From assembly GCF_021028975.2 (NCBI RefSeq), contig NC_059439.1:7626001-7690000 (forward strand): 64,000 nucleotides of DNA. Reading direction: 5' to 3'. The stretch is from Sphaerodactylus townsendi. Lineage: Eukaryota. A program made the translations under genes and the position numbers. Below are positions 60,604-64,000 of the stretch, in pieces. Numbering within the stretch: position 1 is the first letter of the stretch; every line of letters starts with the position of its first letter. The notes below the pieces were generated by a model that saw only the letters and a list, made by a program, of their open reading frames with translations, was not told where the DNA came from and ran no database searches.

Positions 60604-60808
60604 GTTTGGATTTATTTTATACCCCACATTTCTTTTCTGTAAGGAGACTTAAGGTGGCTTACAAATTCCTCCCCACAACAGACACTTTGTGGGACTGAGA
60701 GAGTTCTGAGAGAACTGTGACTGGCCCAAGGGCACCCAGCTGGCTTCGTGCAGAGATCGAACCCAATTCTCCAGATTAGAGTCTACCAGCTCTCAGCCTC
60801 TGCACCAC
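60604..60808 (-). mobile_element. Squam3-like SINE, degenerate
   Basis: Similar to the 29462-29758 copy. Confidence 0.7.
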
Positions 60809-61501
60809 TAAGCTAGTGCGGCACCTGTCATAAAGGGGCCCAACATTTTTAAAAACGCGCATAAATATTTAAAATGGAAATTATTTACTTGCATGGTAAA
60901 GTAATTCCATTTGTTTCATTTGCTATACAGCCAGATAATACAACAAATGTCAGACACTTCAGTAATACTACTATTTATATGCAGACATCAATTTTGAATG
61001 TCAAAAGTACGATGCCGATTTCACCAGATAGCTTGCAAACTTTTAGCGCAGAGCCCTTGAAATGTGGGGCCCAAAGCATATGCCACTTCTGCTGCCATAT
61101 TAATCCATGAGGCCCCCCAGAGACTAGTCCGTTTGGAAGTGGGGTTGGGGGGTGGATTGGAAAGCCGTTTCATTTGTTGAAGATTCCGACTGAGAAGGCT
61201 GGATAAAATTTCGGAATTTGCAGAATTAGATAAGCTAACTGAAATGTTGAAAGAACTAACGTCAGAAAAACTGGAGAAAATATGGTCTCCCTGATTAAAA
61301 TTTGTGGAAGAACAGTATGGCTTAGATTTGTTCTCATCTGGATTTAAGTTTTACAATGAAGAGGATATTGATTCTTTAGGATATTGTATCAGTTCAGTTT
61401 CTTTTCAGTTCCTTTTTGTGTTTTTGATCTGGCATAGGATATGAATTTATTATTGTAATAACAGGTTTTTATTGTATACTGCCCTGAGCCCTTCGGGGGG
61501 T

Positions 61502-61700
61502 NNNNNNNNNNNNNNNNNNNNNNNNNNNNNNNNNNNNNNNNNNNNNNNNNNNNNNNNNNNNNNNNNNNNNNNNNNNNNNNNNNNNNNNNNNNNNNNNNNN
61601 NNNNNNNNNNNNNNNNNNNNNNNNNNNNNNNNNNNNNNNNNNNNNNNNNNNNNNNNNNNNNNNNNNNNNNNNNNNNNNNNNNNNNNNNNNNNNNNNNNNN
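61502..61700. other. Assembly gap (199 N)
   Basis: Seen directly. Confidence 1.
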
Positions 61701-62177
61701 CTGGGACTTCCAAATTCAGACTGACAAAGTTTTGGAACACAATATTCCTGACCTCACAATTGTGGAAAAAAAGAAAGTGTGGATAGTTGATGTGCAATAC
61801 TAGGTGACAGTAGAATTGATGAGAAGCAACTGGAAAAAGTTACACAATACAAGGATTTAAAGATTGAACTAGAAAGACTCTGGCACAAGCCAGTAAAGGT
61901 GGTCCCAGTGGTGATCGGCACACTAGGTGCAGTGCCTAAACACCTTGGACAGCAGTTAAAAACAATCGGCGCTGACAAAATCACCATATGTCAGCTGCAA
62001 AAGGCCACCCTACTCGGTTCCGCATGCATTATTTGTCAATACATTTGTTTGTTTGTTTGTTAGTTAGTTAGTTGGTTAGTTAGTTAGTTAGATTTTTATA
62101 CCGCCCCATCCCCAAGGGGCTCTTGGGGATGGGACGGTATACATCACATAGTCCTAGACGCTTGGGAAGTGTCCGAC
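61701..62177 (+). mobile_element. R4/Dong-like LINE 3' fragment (second subfamily)
   Basis: WDFQIQTDKVLEHNIPDLTIV..; KYKDLKIELERLW-like segment; VVPVVIGTLGAVP; LQKATLLGSA. Confidence 0.8.
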
Positions 62178-62689
62178 CAGTGGTGGGATTCAAATAATTT
62201 AACAACCTGTTCTGGTGGTGGTATTCAAATAATTTAACAATTGGTTGTTTACAAGCACCATTTTATATATATAAATGGAACCATGCGTTTGTTGCTTCGA
62301 GAATAACCCCGCACCTGCTGGCCCAAACGCTCTGAAAATTTCACAGACACTCATTCCCCCGACTATGTTCTTACGTACCTCCTGCTGTCAGACAACACAC
62401 CTGAGCCAGGTAAAACATCTTTTTCCTGGCACACCAGGCCATGAAGCTGCCTGTGTGTAACTGTCACCCTTAGAATGTTCATGCAGCTTAGAATGTACGC
62501 TCAGATGGCCAAATATGAGCAGTGAAAACAGTACATAGGCAATAACCCGAGTGGCCGTGAAACACATTCACACGTTGCCATGTGAGACATCAAGTGGGGT
62601 TCCCCCCCTTCACACGCAGGTACCTTTCACTCTTTGTGCCTCACCCACTACTACCACACAACACACCTGCTCTTATACACATTCAGCGG

Positions 62690-63065
62690 AGGGAGAGGGA
62701 AGGGACGGAGGGGGAGGCATGCAAGGGAAGAGAAGTGAGGGAGGGGACAGAGAGTGGGGGGTGGCATGCAAGGGAGGTGAGGGAGCAGGCCCAGCATCTG
62801 GATATGACCCACCCATCCTAGTAGAGGGAGACGGAAGGGAGGGAGGGGAGGGGTGGCATGCAAGGGAAGAGAGGGTGGGAGAGGGAAGGGAGGGGGAGGC
62901 ATGCAAGGGAAGATAAGTTAGGGAGGGGAGAGAGGGAGGGGTGGCATGCAAGGGAGGGGAGGAAGGGGGCACAGCATCTGGATATGACCCACCCACTCTA
63001 GCAAAGGGAAAGGGAAGGGAGGTAGGGGGAGGCGTGCCATGCAAGGGAAGAGAAGTGAGGGAGGA
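62690..63065. repeat. Purine-rich degenerate minisatellite (ggcatgcaaggga units; agcatctggatatgacccaccca twice)
   Basis: Seen directly. Confidence 0.8.
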
Positions 63066-63212
63066 TGCAGTCACACACATCAATGACATCGCACCGTATC
63101 AGCCTGTGTGTTTCCATGAGCACGTACTGCTGACCTCTGCAATTGATTTGCTGCTACAATTCCTTTCCCATTTCACCACAATAAGCCACAACAATGCGTG
63201 GCTGGGCCCCGC

Positions 63213-63213
<1 letters not shown>

Positions 63214-63286
<73 letters not shown>

Positions 63287-63378
63287 TACATTACAACTTC
63301 CTAGGCCTCTGGGTGAGGCTCGAATTGTAATGAAGGCCAACAACCAGCTAAAGATCTGGCATCTGTGAAATCTACCAC

Positions 63379-63436
<58 letters not shown>

Positions 63437-63870
63437 CATATTATTATTATTTTCGAATCCAAACAGACAAAGTGTTGAAACACAATTCACCAGACATCAT
63501 TGTGATCGAGGACAAGAAAGTGACCATCATCGACATAGCAGTCCCCGGTGACAGCAGGGTCATTGAAAAAGAACACGAGAAGGTCACTAGATACCATGAT
63601 TTGAAAATCGAGCTTTAGCGTCTATGGCACAAACCAGCTGAGGTCGTCCCAGTGGTAATTGGCACCCTGGACGCCATCCCGAAAACCTTAGGGCAGCACT
63701 TGAAACATCTTTGAATTGACAAAATTAACATCGGTCAAATTCAGAAGGCAGCCCTTCTGGGATCCGCACAAATACTACGCCGATACATTACAACTTCCTA
63801 GGCCTTTGGGTGAGGCTCAAATTGTAATGAAGGCCAACAACCAGCTAAAGATCTGGCAGCTGTGAAATCA
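63214..63870 (+). mobile_element. Two tandem R4/Dong-like 3' fragments (63286-63378, 63451-63870), preceded by (TAG)n and separated by (GAT)n
   Basis: Both end ...ggccaacaaccagctaaagatctggca.ctgtgaaatc, as at 27750. The second copy has RLE residues HNSPDIIVIEDKKVTIIDIAVPGD. Confidence 0.9.
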
Positions 63871-64000
63871 ACCAATAAAAGAAACAGAAATATTAATAAT
63901 GATAATATATTAGTTAGAGAGATGGAATTTAAGACACTGATTTCTCAGATGGATGTGGAGATGGAGGTTGGAATTGATACTGATTAACTCCATTTTTTTC

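Noticed and set aside
62941-63490. ORFs with poly-Ser, poly-His and poly-Tyr tracts
   Set aside because: Translations of (TAG)n and (GAT)n microsatellites.

Overview
Vertebrate genomic DNA, most likely a squamate reptile and plausibly a gecko (inferred from the SINE, MITE and R4/Dong repeat families). The window holds the conserved convergent THRA / NR1D1 (Rev-erb alpha) gene pair. On +: the last two coding exons of THRA (1220-1478 and 4093-4343, TRalpha1 C-terminus), followed by an apparently very long (~12 kb), repeat-poor 3' UTR whose best terminal poly(A) signal is AATAAA at 16317-16322. On -: the complete 8-exon NR1D1 CDS (35643 to 17374; 1809 nt, 602 aa; all introns GT-AG and phase-consistent). 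NR1D1 has a CpG-island promoter with the autoregulatory RevDR2 and a ZNF143/THAP11-type motif, and an intron-1 clock module (RORE, E-boxes, D-box, CCAAT and GC boxes). Upstream (37-64 kb) is transposon-rich intergenic DNA (CR1, R4/Dong, Rex1, hAT/Harbinger/Tc-mariner MITEs with visible TSDs, tRNA- and 5S-derived SINEs, Penelope-like pieces), with an orphan CpG island near 59.2-60.2 kb and a 199-N gap. I found no new gene or demonstrably new biological system. The best leads are: (1) a latent TRalpha2/TRalpha3-like frame antisense to NR1D1 exon 8, one silent base from being open across that exon; (2) possible 3' UTR overlap of the two genes; (3) a near-perfect MITE hairpin inside the putative THRA UTR; (4) Penelope-type hammerhead and inverted-repeat structures. 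All comparisons with mammalian sequences are from memory and need alignment.
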